Of a stretch of DNA of 64,000 bases, positions 28,920 through 38,407 are shown piece after piece. The DNA comes from an uncultured Myxococcales bacterium (GTDB lineage: Bacteria; Myxococcota_A; Polyangia; Fen-1088): the NCBI GenBank assembly GCA_964571275.1, contig CAZNCQ010000011.1, positions 1-64,000 on the forward strand, in the 5' to 3' direction. Each line of letters starts with the position of its first letter. The stretch's first letter is position 1. The notes beneath the pieces were generated by a model, which had not been told where the DNA came from, did no database searches, and saw only the letters and a program-made list of their open reading frames with translations. The translations under genes and the position numbers were made by a program.

Positions 28920-30242
28920 GTGCGTGTGCCCCGCAACAGCCTGGCGTTCGTGTCGGCCGGTGTGTGGGCCCTGGCGGGGCGCGTGCCGCTCCTTCACGCC
29001 GAGCCGGCCCTCGTGCCGGCCAACGCAAACGGGGCGGCGCTGGCGTGCGACGGAGATGACCCGGGCCCCGACCCGGTGCTCATGGAGACCGCGCGCCTGC
29101 GCGGGGATCGCTATATCGCCGACCGCGCCAGCGGCGCCGTCGCCGAGCTGACGCTCGACCCGCGCCTGCAAGCGGCGACCGAGCGCCTGCTGCGCCGGTC
29201 GCAGATCAAGTACGGCGCGTCGGTGCTGATCTCGCTGCCCGACGGCAAGGTGCTGGCGCTGGCCGGCCGCTCGTCGGTCGACCCGGCCGCCGGCGCCAGC
29301 GAGCTGGCCCTGCGCCCGTGGGCGCCGGCCGCGTCGGTGTTCAAGATCGTCTCGGCGGTGGCGCTGGTCGAGGAGGCCGGTCTCAACGGCGATTCGCGCG
29401 CCTGCTATCACGGCGGCGTCTCATCGCTCCGGCGCGACAACCTGGTCGACAACCCACGCCTGGATCGCTGCGCTTCGCTGGCGTACGGCATCGGCAAATC
29501 GCAGAACGCGATCCTGGCCAAGCTGGCGATCCAGCACCTGTCACCGCTACAACTGGAACGAACCGGCCGCGCGCTGGGGTTCGAGGAAACCCTGGCCTTC
29601 GACCTGCCGGTCGAACCATCGCACCTGGACGTACCCGAGGGCGATCCGCTCGAGTTCGCGCGCACGGCGGCGGGCTTCTGGCATTCGACGCTGTCGCCCC
29701 TGCACGGTGCGCTGCTGGCGTCGGCGATCGCCGACGGCGGCATCATGGTCACGCCCTATCTCGTGGATCGCCCGCGCGAGGAGGCCGTCCCGCCCTCTTC
29801 CGCGCCCGGGTCGCTTCCCGATGCCGCCTTCGGCGTGCCCGCGCCCGCGGCGCGCCAGGTCCTGACGCCCGAGGCCGCGGCCGCCGTCGCCGAGATGATG
29901 GCCGGCGTGACGCGCATGGGGACGGCGCGCAAGGCGTTCTACGATCGCGCGGGCCGGCGCCGGCTGCCGTTCGCGGCGGCGGGCAAGACCGGCACGCTCT
30001 ACGGCAAAGCCGATCGCGGCTTTGTCGGCTACAGCTGGTTCGTCGGCTTCGCGCCGGTCGAGCACCCGACGGTCGCCTTCGCCGTCCTGCTGGGCAACAA
30101 GCCGGGTCACCAGCTGCGCGCGTCCGAGGTGGCGCGCGACCTGCTGGCCGAGTACGCCGCCGAGAACGCGGCGTCGCTGAACGCGCGGGCGACCAGCGAG
30201 CGGCCGGGCAGCCCGGTCGCGACGGCCGCCGCGCTCAGATGA
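28920..30242 (+). CDS. penicillin-binding-protein transpeptidase-domain protein
   Basis: SxxK (ASVFK), SxN (KSQNA), KTG (AGKTGT) motifs in the correct order; N-terminal signal/anchor. Confidence 0.7.
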   Translation: MRVPRNSLAFVSAGVWALAGRVPLLHAEPALVPANANGAALACDGDDPGPDPVLMETARLRGDRYIADRASGAVAELTLDPRLQAATERLLRRSQIKYGASVLISLPDGKVLALAGRSSVDPAAGASELALRPWAPAASVFKIVSAVALVEEAGLNGDSRACYHGGVSSLRRDNLVDNPRLDRCASLAYGIGKSQNAILAKLAIQHLSPLQLERTGRALGFEETLAFDLPVEPSHLDVPEGDPLEFARTAAGFWHSTLSPLHGALLASAIADGGIMVTPYLVDRPREEAVPPSSAPGSLPDAAFGVPAPAARQVLTPEAAAAVAEMMAGVTRMGTARKAFYDRAGRRRLPFAAAGKTGTLYGKADRGFVGYSWFVGFAPVEHPTVAFAVLLGNKPGHQLRASEVARDLLAEYAAENAASLNARATSERPGSPVATAAALR

Positions 30243-31425
30243 TGCGCGTGCGGATGTTGGTGGGCAGCGCGGCGATGCGCTCGTGGACCTCGGCGGAGAC
30301 GTCCTGGTCCAGGTCCATCACCAGGTAGCCGATCTCGGGATCGGTGGCCAGGGTCTGGCTGCGAATGTTGGCGTGCAGGTCGGAGACGATCTTGTTGATG
30401 TCGCGCAACACGCCGGGGACGTTGCGATGCACGTTGAGGATCCGCCGTGCGCCCCCGCGTGCCGCCGGCTCGACGATCGGGAAGTTCACCGAGCCGGCCG
30501 TCGCGCCCGCGCGCACGAACTTGGCCAGCACCGTCGCGACCTCGCGGCCGATCGCCGCCTGCGCCTCGCTGGTCGAACCGCCGATGTGCGGCGTGAGGAT
30601 CACGTTGGGCAGCCCCTGCAGCGGCGTCCGGAACCCGTCGGCGTTCGACTCGGGCTCCTCGGGGTAAACGTCGACCGCGGCGCCGGCGAGGTGCCCCGAG
30701 CGCAATGCCGCCGCCAGCGCCGGAATGACGACGACACCGCCGCGGCTGGCGTTCAGGAAATAGCTGCCGCGCTTCATCGCGGCGAGCTCGGCCTCGCCGA
30801 TCATGTTCCTGGTCTCGGGCGTCTCCGGCACGTGCAGCGACACGAAGTCGGCGCGCCCGAGCAGATCGCCGAGCGCCGCGGCCGCCGCGTTGTTGCCCAT
30901 CGGCAACTTTGCGGCGTGGTCGTAGAAGATCACCCGCATGCCCAGACCTTCGGCCAGCACACCCAGCTGCCGGCCGATGTGGCCGTAGCCGACGATGCCC
31001 AGCGTCTTGCCGCGCATCTCGAAGGAGTTCGCGGCGACCTTGCGCCAGGTCCCGGCGTGCACCTCGCGCGAGCGGTCGCCCAGCTGCCGGCCGAGCGCGA
31101 TCACCTCGGCGATGATCAGCTCGGCGACACTGCGGGTGTTCGAAAACGGCGCGTTGAACACCGGCACCCCGCCCCGGTTGGCGGCGGCGAGATCGACCTG
31201 GTTGGTGCCGATGCAAAAGCACCCGATAGCCAGCAGTGACGACGACTCGATGACCAGCGCCGGCACTTGCGTCTTCGACCGGATGCCCAGGATGTCGACG
31301 CCGGCGATCCGCCGCGTCAGCTCGTCGGGCGGCAATGCGTGCGCGAGCGATTCGACGGTGAACCCCTCGGCGCCGAAGATCTCCAGAGCGGTCTGGTTGA
31401 CGTTCTCGAGGAGGAGGATGCGCAC
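30235..31425 (-). CDS. serA: D-3-phosphoglycerate dehydrogenase
   Basis: 2-hydroxyacid dehydrogenase fold (GIVGYGHIGRQLG NAD motif, catalytic region) plus C-terminal ACT domain; about 396 aa, typical SerA layout. Confidence 0.85.
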   Translation of the reverse strand: MRILLLENVNQTALEIFGAEGFTVESLAHALPPDELTRRIAGVDILGIRSKTQVPALVIESSSLLAIGCFCIGTNQVDLAAANRGGVPVFNAPFSNTRSVAELIIAEVIALGRQLGDRSREVHAGTWRKVAANSFEMRGKTLGIVGYGHIGRQLGVLAEGLGMRVIFYDHAAKLPMGNNAAAAALGDLLGRADFVSLHVPETPETRNMIGEAELAAMKRGSYFLNASRGGVVVIPALAAALRSGHLAGAAVDVYPEEPESNADGFRTPLQGLPNVILTPHIGGSTSEAQAAIGREVATVLAKFVRAGATAGSVNFPIVEPAARGGARRILNVHRNVPGVLRDINKIVSDLHANIRSQTLATDPEIGYLVMDLDQDVSAEVHERIAALPTNIRTRII

Positions 31426-31477
31426 GATCGCGACGAAGCGTAGCAGCCGCCGGACGCGATCGGTACCCGTCCTCGTA

Positions 31478-31550
31478 ATCGTCTTCGTCCTCGTCCTCGT
31501 CGCCGTCCGCGATCCGTTGGGCCGAGGCCGAGGACGAAGACGAGGACGAT
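31478..31550. repeat. imperfect 22-bp-arm palindrome built from CGTCCT/CGTCTT units (about 29-nt spacer), then further GAGGACG repeats
   Basis: ATCGTCTTCGTCCTCGTCCTCG ... CGAGGACGAAGACGAGGACGAT (2 mismatches); lies between the 3' end of the hypothetical gene and the serA start. Confidence 0.45.
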
Positions 31551-31573
31551 CACGAGGACGGAGGACGGGGCTC

Positions 31574-32125
31574 CTAGGTCGCGGTCGACGTCGTCGCGGT
31601 CGTCGCGTCTGGGGTCGTGGGCACCGATGTCGTCGGCGCCGTTGTCGACGACACCGAGCTCAGCGCACCCGAGATGATCCCCTGCAGGATCTGTCCGACG
31701 GACTCGCCGCCCTCGCCGCCGGTCGCCGCGCCGCCGCCACCGCCACCGCCGTGGTGGCCGCCGTGGTGTCGGTGGCCCTGCGCGCGCCCGCCCTGCTGGG
31801 GAGCGAGATCCGAGATGTTGCCGCTCTGCGAGGCGCTCTGAAAGCGGTCGGCGATCTTGTTCAAGAAGTCGGCTTGCGATCCGGTCGCCGAGCCGGCGGC
31901 GTCCTTCAGCTTCTGCGCGATGTCGCCCGTGACCGACTTGAACTGATCCGGGTTGCTCTGCGCCAGGCTCGACAGCTCGCTGAAGAGTTGACCCGGCCGC
32001 GAGATGTCGACGTTCACGCCGTTCGCCGCGCCCGCCGACGCGACCGGTGTCGCGGGGGACGCCGTCGGCGTCACGGCCTGAACGTCGCTAGGTGAGGATG
32101 GAGAGAAAATGCTGCTGATCGACAT
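31574..32125 (-). CDS. hypothetical Ser/Thr/Gly/His-rich protein (183 aa)
   Basis: Strong GGAGG RBS 6 nt before ATG (MSISSIFSPSSP...); low-complexity, HRHHGGHHGGGGGGG tract; no signal peptide. Confidence 0.5.
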   Translation of the reverse strand: MSISSIFSPSSPSDVQAVTPTASPATPVASAGAANGVNVDISRPGQLFSELSSLAQSNPDQFKSVTGDIAQKLKDAAGSATGSQADFLNKIADRFQSASQSGNISDLAPQQGGRAQGHRHHGGHHGGGGGGGAATGGEGGESVGQILQGIISGALSSVSSTTAPTTSVPTTPDATTATTSTAT

Positions 32126-32343
32126 TGGGAACCTCCTGCGAACGTCATCGGCGCGCCGGGACGGTTTCTTCAGCGCTCGCAACATTTCGAAACAACACGC
32201 TGTTTCTCGCTGTGTGCGAGTGCCATCGGTCACGACACCGCGATCACGATCGACTGCATCCGGCGCTCTCCGACGGCCATTTGCGTGTCAAAAAGAACAC
32301 GAGCGCGGCGCGCGCGCCGCGCGGTGGGTGTTAAGGTGTTCGC

Positions 32344-33084
32344 GTGAGCGAAGCGCGTGAAGTGTCCGCGACGACCGGAGAGAGCATCCGATTGCTCTTC
32401 ATCGACGACGATCGCCAGCTGGCGCACCTGACCACACGCTACCTGCAGGCGCACGACGTCGATGTCACCTGGGTCGACAGCGGCGAGAGCGGGCTCGCAC
32501 ACTTGATTCACGGCGCGTTCGACGCCGTGCTTCTGGACGTCATGCTGCCGGGGATCGGCGGTATCGATGTGTGCCGCGAGATCCGCGCGCGCTCCGACGT
32601 GCCGGTTCTCATGCTGACCGCGCTCGGCGACGAAGCCGATCGCGTGAGCGGCCTCGAGATCGGCGCCGACGACTACATCCGCAAGCCGTTCTCGTCGCGC
32701 GAGCTGCTGGCGCGCCTGCGCGCGCACGTGCGCCGCGCGCGCGGGCGCTGCGGCCCGAGCGGACGTTTCCTCACGGCGGGCAGCCTGCGCATCGACCTGG
32801 GTGCGATGGCGGTGACTGTCGACGGGCGGCCGGTCACTCTGACGTCGTACGAGTTCGCGTTGCTGCGCGCGCTCGCCGAGCAGCCGGGCCGGGTCATGAG
32901 CCGCGAGCAGCTGATGGATCTCGCGCGCGGCAACGCCGAGGACGCGTTCGACCGCTCCATCGACGTCCACATCTCGCGGCTGCGGCAGAAGCTGGAGCCC
33001 GACCCACGGCATCCCTCGTTCCTGAAGACGGTACGCGGCGTCGGCTACATGGTGGCCGACCCGACGCTGACCGGCGACGATTGA
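32344..33084 (+). CDS. OmpR-family response regulator (receiver + winged-helix)
   Basis: GTG start; receiver motifs (LLFIDDD, D at DAVLLDVMLPG, TALG..., K in RKPF) and OmpR-type C-terminal wHTH (TLTSYEFALLRALAEQPGRVMSREQLMD...VHISRLRQKLE...TVRGVGY). Confidence 0.85.
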   Translation: MSEAREVSATTGESIRLLFIDDDRQLAHLTTRYLQAHDVDVTWVDSGESGLAHLIHGAFDAVLLDVMLPGIGGIDVCREIRARSDVPVLMLTALGDEADRVSGLEIGADDYIRKPFSSRELLARLRAHVRRARGRCGPSGRFLTAGSLRIDLGAMAVTVDGRPVTLTSYEFALLRALAEQPGRVMSREQLMDLARGNAEDAFDRSIDVHISRLRQKLEPDPRHPSFLKTVRGVGYMVADPTLTGDD

Positions 33085-33179
33085 AGAGGGAGACGCTCGA
33101 GGGCCCCATCCCCTCGGCGCCAGGTTTGAGGCGCCAAATTTCCGGCGCGGCGGGCGATGCTTTACCATCCCCGGTGATC

Positions 33180-34022
33180 ATGCGCACGCGGTGGCGTTGG
33201 ACGTCTGGGGGCCGGCCGACGCGGGGTCGCGCCTGGATCGCGTGCGCGGTGGTCGCGGCGCTGGACCTGGTGGGCGCGCCGGCCCCCGCCAACATCCGCG
33301 CGCCGATCGTCCAGCCCCAACCGCCGTCATCGGCGGCGCACCCGGTGGCGCCGCTGGGTGATCTGCTGATCGTGCTCGGCGAGAGCCTGTCGTTTCGCTG
33401 CGACGACACGTCGTGCGACGTCGAGGCGCGCTATCGGATTCGCGCGAGGGAGACGGTGAACACCGAGCTCGGCTTCGTGCTGCCGCAGGCGGCGCCGCTG
33501 GCCGTGCACGTCGGCACGCAGATCGCCACCGTCGACGTCAGCGGCGCGCCCGAGCCCGCGCCCGCGCCCGAGGATGAGGTTCAGTTCGAGACGTTCGCGC
33601 TCGGCAAGCAGCATCTCGCGACGGTGCAGGCGCGTTTTCCGGCGGCCTTCGCCGCGGGCGAGAACGTCGTTTCGGTCAGCTACAAGCAGGGGCTCGGGCG
33701 GCGAGAATACGGCCACGGCTACTTCAGCCGCGGCCGCTTCGTCGACTATTTTCGCTACGAGCTGTGGCCGCTCGCGGAGTGGAAGCACGCTCCGGGATTT
33801 CGCATCGACGGCGAAGTGGTGATCTTGCGCCCGCGGCCGTCGTGGTGGCGCCGGCTCTTCTCGACGCCGCGCTCGATCGGCTGCCGCGGCGCGGAGCCGC
33901 TGAACCACGTCGCGCTGGAGCAGCGCGGCCAGGAATTACATCTGGTGTTCCAGATTCCCGATCCGATCCCGCGCCGGCTCTGGTGTGAGATCGGCGACGA
34001 CGATCTGGTTCCCGCGCCCTGA
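33180..34022 (+). CDS. hypothetical secreted protein (280 aa)
   Basis: ATG at 33180 inside a longer spurious ORF; N-terminal hydrophobic segment; no motif recognised. Confidence 0.4.
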   Translation: MRTRWRWTSGGRPTRGRAWIACAVVAALDLVGAPAPANIRAPIVQPQPPSSAAHPVAPLGDLLIVLGESLSFRCDDTSCDVEARYRIRARETVNTELGFVLPQAAPLAVHVGTQIATVDVSGAPEPAPAPEDEVQFETFALGKQHLATVQARFPAAFAAGENVVSVSYKQGLGRREYGHGYFSRGRFVDYFRYELWPLAEWKHAPGFRIDGEVVILRPRPSWWRRLFSTPRSIGCRGAEPLNHVALEQRGQELHLVFQIPDPIPRRLWCEIGDDDLVPAP

Positions 34023-34047
34023 TACGGGTAGTCTTCGACTCGCTTCC

Positions 34048-35715
34048 ATGGCGACATCGACGGATCGCGATCGGTTGGGGTTTTCGCGCTGTTTTCAGCG
34101 CGCTTCGCTCGTCGTGACCGCGCTGGCGGCGGCGAGCTGCTCTCATTCATCGTCGAAGGGCAACGATGCCTCGGTGCTCGCGGATGCATCGACGGGCAGC
34201 GGCGGCAGCGACGGCAGCACCGACGGCGGCGGCACCGACGCCGATATGCTCGCGGTGGTCGACGGCCCGTCGGGCTTCGCCACGCAGTACATGGATCCCA
34301 CCACCGGTCAGATCCAGGTGGTCAGCGGCGGCACGGGGGCGCCGCCGAGCAACGTCTATGTCGTCACCAACCGCAAAGAATTGCTGGCCGCGCTGCTCAA
34401 CAGCAACAGCCCGACGTTCGCGACCGATCCGATGACGGCGCAGAACGAGGCCAAGATCATCTACGTCTCGGGCTCGATCCTCGGCAACCAGCTCGACGAC
34501 GGGACGCTGGCGACCACCGACACCTATCGGATGACGCCCAACCCCAATCAGTACGACTTCAACCTGTACGTGATGTCGTTCGACACGCAGCTCATCGCCA
34601 CCCTCACGGCGCAAGCGACTGGCGACGGCGGCGCCGACGCTGGCGCCGACGGTGGCGCCGACGGCGGCGTCGACGGCGGTGACCCGGCGGCGATGGCGGC
34701 TGCGGCGGCGCAGCTCGCGCTGCTGAAGAGCCAGCCGGGCGCGGCGCGCACCACGTTCTCGAACAACCAGAAGTCGCAGATCCAGTTTCAGGTGCCGCCC
34801 AACACCAGCCTGCTCGGCATCGGCCAGGACGCCAAGCTGATCGACGGCTACCTGTCGATCAACACCGACAGCGCGTCGTTCGGCAAGATCGTCGACAGCA
34901 ACATCATCATCCGCAACATCGAGTTCCAGGTGCCGCAGGACTACTCGCCGGCGTGGGATCCGACCGACACCTCGACCGGCAACTGGAACGCGCGCTTCGA
35001 CGGGATCAGCATCGTCACCGGCCGCAACATCTGGATCGATCACTGCACGTTCAGCGACGGCGTGCACATCGACACGCTGGAGCCGACGCCGTTCAACGGC
35101 AAGCACGTGCAGCGCCACGATGGCTTGATCGACATCGAGGACGGCTCGGACGACATCACCATCTCGTACAACATCTTCCAGCAGCACGACAAGACCACGC
35201 TCATCGGCTCGACCGGCGGCGGCACGTTGGGGACGGACAACTACGAGACCGGGCACGAGCGCATCACGTTCTTCGCCAACATGTGGTCGACGTCGACCCA
35301 GCGCGCGCCGCTCGGGCGCTGGGGCGAGTTCCACCTCTACAACAACATCTACAGCGGCAACTACACCGATCCCAACTACCCGCTGCTGTACTTCATCGGG
35401 CTCGGCACCAGCTCGAGCATCCTGTCAGAGAGCAACGTCTTCGACGTCACCGGTTCGTCGGACGCATTCCTGAGGGGCCGCATCTTCCAGGGTTCGGGCG
35501 GGACAAAGTTCCACGACGTCGGCTCGTGGTTCAACGGCGTGCCGTTCACCGACATCGAGGCGCAGGCGCTGGCGAAGGCGCCGGGGCTGACCAACGCGAT
35601 CGGCTGGACACCGCCCTATCCCTACGTCGTCGGCACCACGCCCGACAGCGTTCGCCAGCACGTGCTGGCGAACGCGGGCGCGGGCAAGCTGAGCTTGCAG
35701 CCACCCGGACCCTGA
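34048..35715 (+). CDS. pectate lyase (PL1-like) lipoprotein
   Basis: Lipobox (LAAASCS); Gly/Asp-rich linker; parallel beta-helix catalytic motifs WIDHCTFSDG...HDGLIDIEDGSDDITISYNIFQQHDKTTLIGS...R (vWiDH / DGLIDi / iTiSnN.f..H.K..LiG pattern of pectate lyases). Confidence 0.75.
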   Translation: MATSTDRDRLGFSRCFQRASLVVTALAAASCSHSSSKGNDASVLADASTGSGGSDGSTDGGGTDADMLAVVDGPSGFATQYMDPTTGQIQVVSGGTGAPPSNVYVVTNRKELLAALLNSNSPTFATDPMTAQNEAKIIYVSGSILGNQLDDGTLATTDTYRMTPNPNQYDFNLYVMSFDTQLIATLTAQATGDGGADAGADGGADGGVDGGDPAAMAAAAAQLALLKSQPGAARTTFSNNQKSQIQFQVPPNTSLLGIGQDAKLIDGYLSINTDSASFGKIVDSNIIIRNIEFQVPQDYSPAWDPTDTSTGNWNARFDGISIVTGRNIWIDHCTFSDGVHIDTLEPTPFNGKHVQRHDGLIDIEDGSDDITISYNIFQQHDKTTLIGSTGGGTLGTDNYETGHERITFFANMWSTSTQRAPLGRWGEFHLYNNIYSGNYTDPNYPLLYFIGLGTSSSILSESNVFDVTGSSDAFLRGRIFQGSGGTKFHDVGSWFNGVPFTDIEAQALAKAPGLTNAIGWTPPYPYVVGTTPDSVRQHVLANAGAGKLSLQPPGP

Positions 35716-35753
35716 TTCGTTCCCCGGAGGTCGGAGGCCCGACGCCCGAGGCC

Positions 35754-36254
35754 CTAACCCTGGCCGGCGTCGAGCTGCTCCATGCGGCGCTTCATCTCTT
35801 CCGAGCTCACGTCCTCGATGTGCGTGCCCAGCGTCCACACGTGGCCGAACGGATCGGCGATGGTGCCGCTCCGATCGCCGTAGAACTGATCCTTGACCGG
35901 ACGCTTGACGGTGGCGCCCGCCTCGACGGCGCGCGCGAACGCAGCGTCGACGTCGGGCAAATAGACCATGAAGCCGCAGGTCGTTCCGCCGAGCGTGGCC
36001 GGACTGCGGGAGACGGTCTCGGGCATCTCCGGCATCTCGTCGGCGAGCATGAATCGCGACTCGCCGATCTGCATCTCGGCGTGCCCGATGCGGCCATCGG
36101 GCATGTCCATGTGAAACAGCTCCTGCGCGCCGAACGCTTTCTTGTAGAACTCCAGCGCCTCTCGCGCCCCCTTGACGCTGATGTAGGGGGTCAGCGTGTG
36201 GTAGCCGTCGGGAATCGCTTTGACCTTCGCCTTCGCCTTGCCTTGCTCCGCCAT
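35754..36254 (-). CDS. VOC-family (glyoxalase/bleomycin-resistance fold, PhnB-like) protein
   Basis: Typical PhnB-like sequence (YISVKGAREALEFYKKAFGA...GHAEMQIG...FGHVWTL); AGGGAG RBS. Confidence 0.75.
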   Translation of the reverse strand: MAEQGKAKAKVKAIPDGYHTLTPYISVKGAREALEFYKKAFGAQELFHMDMPDGRIGHAEMQIGESRFMLADEMPEMPETVSRSPATLGGTTCGFMVYLPDVDAAFARAVEAGATVKRPVKDQFYGDRSGTIADPFGHVWTLGTHIEDVSSEEMKRRMEQLDAGQG

Positions 36255-36332
36255 GGTCGTCTCCCTTTCGCGCGCATTCGAGGCGCGGGGGGAAGATAGA
36301 TCCGCGGCGACCGTTTTCCAGGGCGATCGGCG

Positions 36333-36989
36333 TCAGCAGCCGGGCGCGCGGCAGACGCCGGCCTTGAGGCGCGCCAGCTCTTGCAGCTCGTCGGCGATCC
36401 GCAACGTCGTCTCCGCGGCGGCGCGGGCGCGCGCCTGCTGTTCCTCGGTCACCGCATATCGAAGCAACAACCGGCGCCCGAGCTCGTGGTGGTGCTGCTC
36501 GTCGGGCTGGATCCGATCGCGGTAGAGCGCGGCGGTCTGCAAGTCGCCGCGCTCGGCGCAAAACGCGGCGAACACCTCGTTGCGCGCGACCGCGATCGCC
36601 TCGCGCGTGAACGGGCCCGCGGCAGCGCGCTCCGACGTCCCCTTCAACGTGCGCAGATAGGCCGACAGCGGGCTCAGCCCCGGCGCTTGCGGATCGAATC
36701 CAGCGAGATCGACGCCCATCGCGCCGAGCCGCTCCTCGATCCAGCGATAGTGCTTGGCCTCGTCGCCGCACTGGCGCGCCAGCGCCAGGCGCACGTCCCG
36801 CTCGGGCGCGTCGACCATCCAGAACGCCGCCAGCTCCGTCGCCTCCAGCTCGTTACGCAACGCCATCTTCAGCAGCTGCGCGATCGCGAGCGACTCGCCG
36901 GGCTCGCCGGCCGCCGACTTTGCCGCCAGCTCAGCGAGCCGCGCGCGGTTCCGCTCGTCGAGCTCGGCGACGAAAGCCTCGGGCGTCAC
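36333..36989 (-). CDS. ferritin-like di-iron protein
   Basis: Two E...ExxH-type motifs (ELEATELAAF...GDEAKHY and EQHHHELG) in a four-helix-bundle-sized protein. Confidence 0.55.
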   Translation of the reverse strand: MTPEAFVAELDERNRARLAELAAKSAAGEPGESLAIAQLLKMALRNELEATELAAFWMVDAPERDVRLALARQCGDEAKHYRWIEERLGAMGVDLAGFDPQAPGLSPLSAYLRTLKGTSERAAAGPFTREAIAVARNEVFAAFCAERGDLQTAALYRDRIQPDEQHHHELGRRLLLRYAVTEEQQARARAAAETTLRIADELQELARLKAGVCRAPGC

Positions 36990-37007
36990 GCGGCACCTCG
37001 CGCGGCC

Positions 37008-37607
37008 TCACTCACGGGGCTCGCTCCCGGCGCCGATGCCCGCGCTCTGCCAGGCGTCGCGGAACGCCGCCAGCGCCGGCCAGCCCGCCAGATCGACGAC
37101 GTCGCGAAAGACGATCCAGTCGAGAGCGCAGCCGAGCGACAGCGCCGCCAGGCCGAGCGGGCGCGCAAAGCGGATGCGCCGCCCGTCGAGCCAGATCAGC
37201 GTCCGCTCCACGCGTACGCGCTGCTTGGCGATGTAGCCCGCCTCGGAGAAGCCATCGAGGCGCAGGTAGCGAAAGTTGATGGCCGCGTCGAGCGCCCCCT
37301 CGACCACCTCTTGCAGCCGGCGATCCGCCCAGTCGCGCGGGTCGAGGTTGAAGCCGGCGGTGCGCAGCGCGAAGCCGTGGGTGTCCCACAGCCAATCCGT
37401 GATCAACGATGAGTCAGGCAACGGGCCCACGCCGCCGTCGACGATCAGGACCGGGACCTTGCCGAGCGGCGAGGCCTCGGCGAGCGCCGTCGTGCCGGCG
37501 TCGCTGCGCGTGTCGACCAGCTCGTGGGGATGGCCCAGCGCCGACAGCAGGATACGTATCTTGCGCGTGTACGGAGACGTCGTCGTGCCCAGCAGCTTCA
37601 TCGCCAT
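37008..37607 (-). CDS. glutathione S-transferase-like protein
   Basis: N-terminal thioredoxin-like GST motif (MKLLGTTTSPYTRKIRILL...GKVPVLIV) and helical C-domain. Confidence 0.7.
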   Translation of the reverse strand: MAMKLLGTTTSPYTRKIRILLSALGHPHELVDTRSDAGTTALAEASPLGKVPVLIVDGGVGPLPDSSLITDWLWDTHGFALRTAGFNLDPRDWADRRLQEVVEGALDAAINFRYLRLDGFSEAGYIAKQRVRVERTLIWLDGRRIRFARPLGLAALSLGCALDWIVFRDVVDLAGWPALAAFRDAWQSAGIGAGSEPRE

Positions 37608-37690
37608 GACGCCCGGGTCTTAGCATATGCGATCGGAGAGCCACGTCTCTTTTACGATACGAGGCGCCTCATGGTACGTTCCGCGCCACC

Positions 37691-38317
37691 ATGCCGAAGA
37701 CGCAGACCAAACGGGGGTCACTGCGTGAGACGCCGATCCCACCGGGAGACGAGGTCGGCGCCGCCGAACTAGCGGCGCGGGTCGCCGAGAACCTGCGCGA
37801 ACAGCGCCGGCGGCGCGACATGTCGCTGGATCAACTGGCCCAGCGAACGGGGGTCAGCCGCGCCGGCCTGTCGCAGATCGAGACGCGCAAGACCAACCCG
37901 TCGATCGGCGTGCTGTGGAAGATCGCATCGGGTCTGGGCATCCCGTTCGCCGAACTGATCGGCGAGGGGCAACCGACGCTCTCCGTCCTGCGGCGCAATG
38001 ACACCCAGGTCCTCCGCTCGACCGATCGCAAGTTCGAGAGCCGGCCGCTGATGCCGGCCTCCGGCAACAACCAGGTCGAGGTCTACGAGCTGCGGCTGGC
38101 CGCGCGCGCGCGCCACGTCTCCGATCCGCACGGCCCGGGCACCCGCGAGCTGGTGGTGGTGCTGAGCGGCGCCCTGCGCATGGTCGTCGGCGAGCAGGCC
38201 GAGGATCTGGCCGCGGGCGACTCCATGCTCTTCGACGCCAACGTGCCGCACGTCTACGAGAATCCCGGCGGCGCCGAGGGCCGCTACCACGACGTGATCA
38301 TCTACCCGCTGCGCTGA
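37691..38317 (+). CDS. XRE-family HTH transcriptional regulator with C-terminal cupin domain
   Basis: HTH_XRE (MSLDQLAQRTGVSRAGLSQIETRKTNPSIGVLWKIASGLGIPFAEL) then cupin beta-barrel (ELVVVLSGALRMVVGEQ...GDSMLFDANVPHVYEN); an 8-bp palindrome GCATATGC lies upstream at 37623-37630. Confidence 0.8.
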   Translation: MPKTQTKRGSLRETPIPPGDEVGAAELAARVAENLREQRRRRDMSLDQLAQRTGVSRAGLSQIETRKTNPSIGVLWKIASGLGIPFAELIGEGQPTLSVLRRNDTQVLRSTDRKFESRPLMPASGNNQVEVYELRLAARARHVSDPHGPGTRELVVVLSGALRMVVGEQAEDLAAGDSMLFDANVPHVYENPGGAEGRYHDVIIYPLR

Positions 38318-38407
38318 TCGCGTGAATGGATGGCGCGGCGTCGGATGGCGCGGGCGTCGGCGTAAAAGACAGACCTCCCGTCGAACGGACGACGCCGCGC
38401 GCGGCGG

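Noticed and set aside
32571-33179. 5' extension of ORF 32571..34022 overlapping the response-regulator gene
   Set aside because: The OmpR-family regulator in the other frame has complete receiver and wHTH motifs. The downstream hypothetical gene most plausibly starts at the internal ATG 33180.
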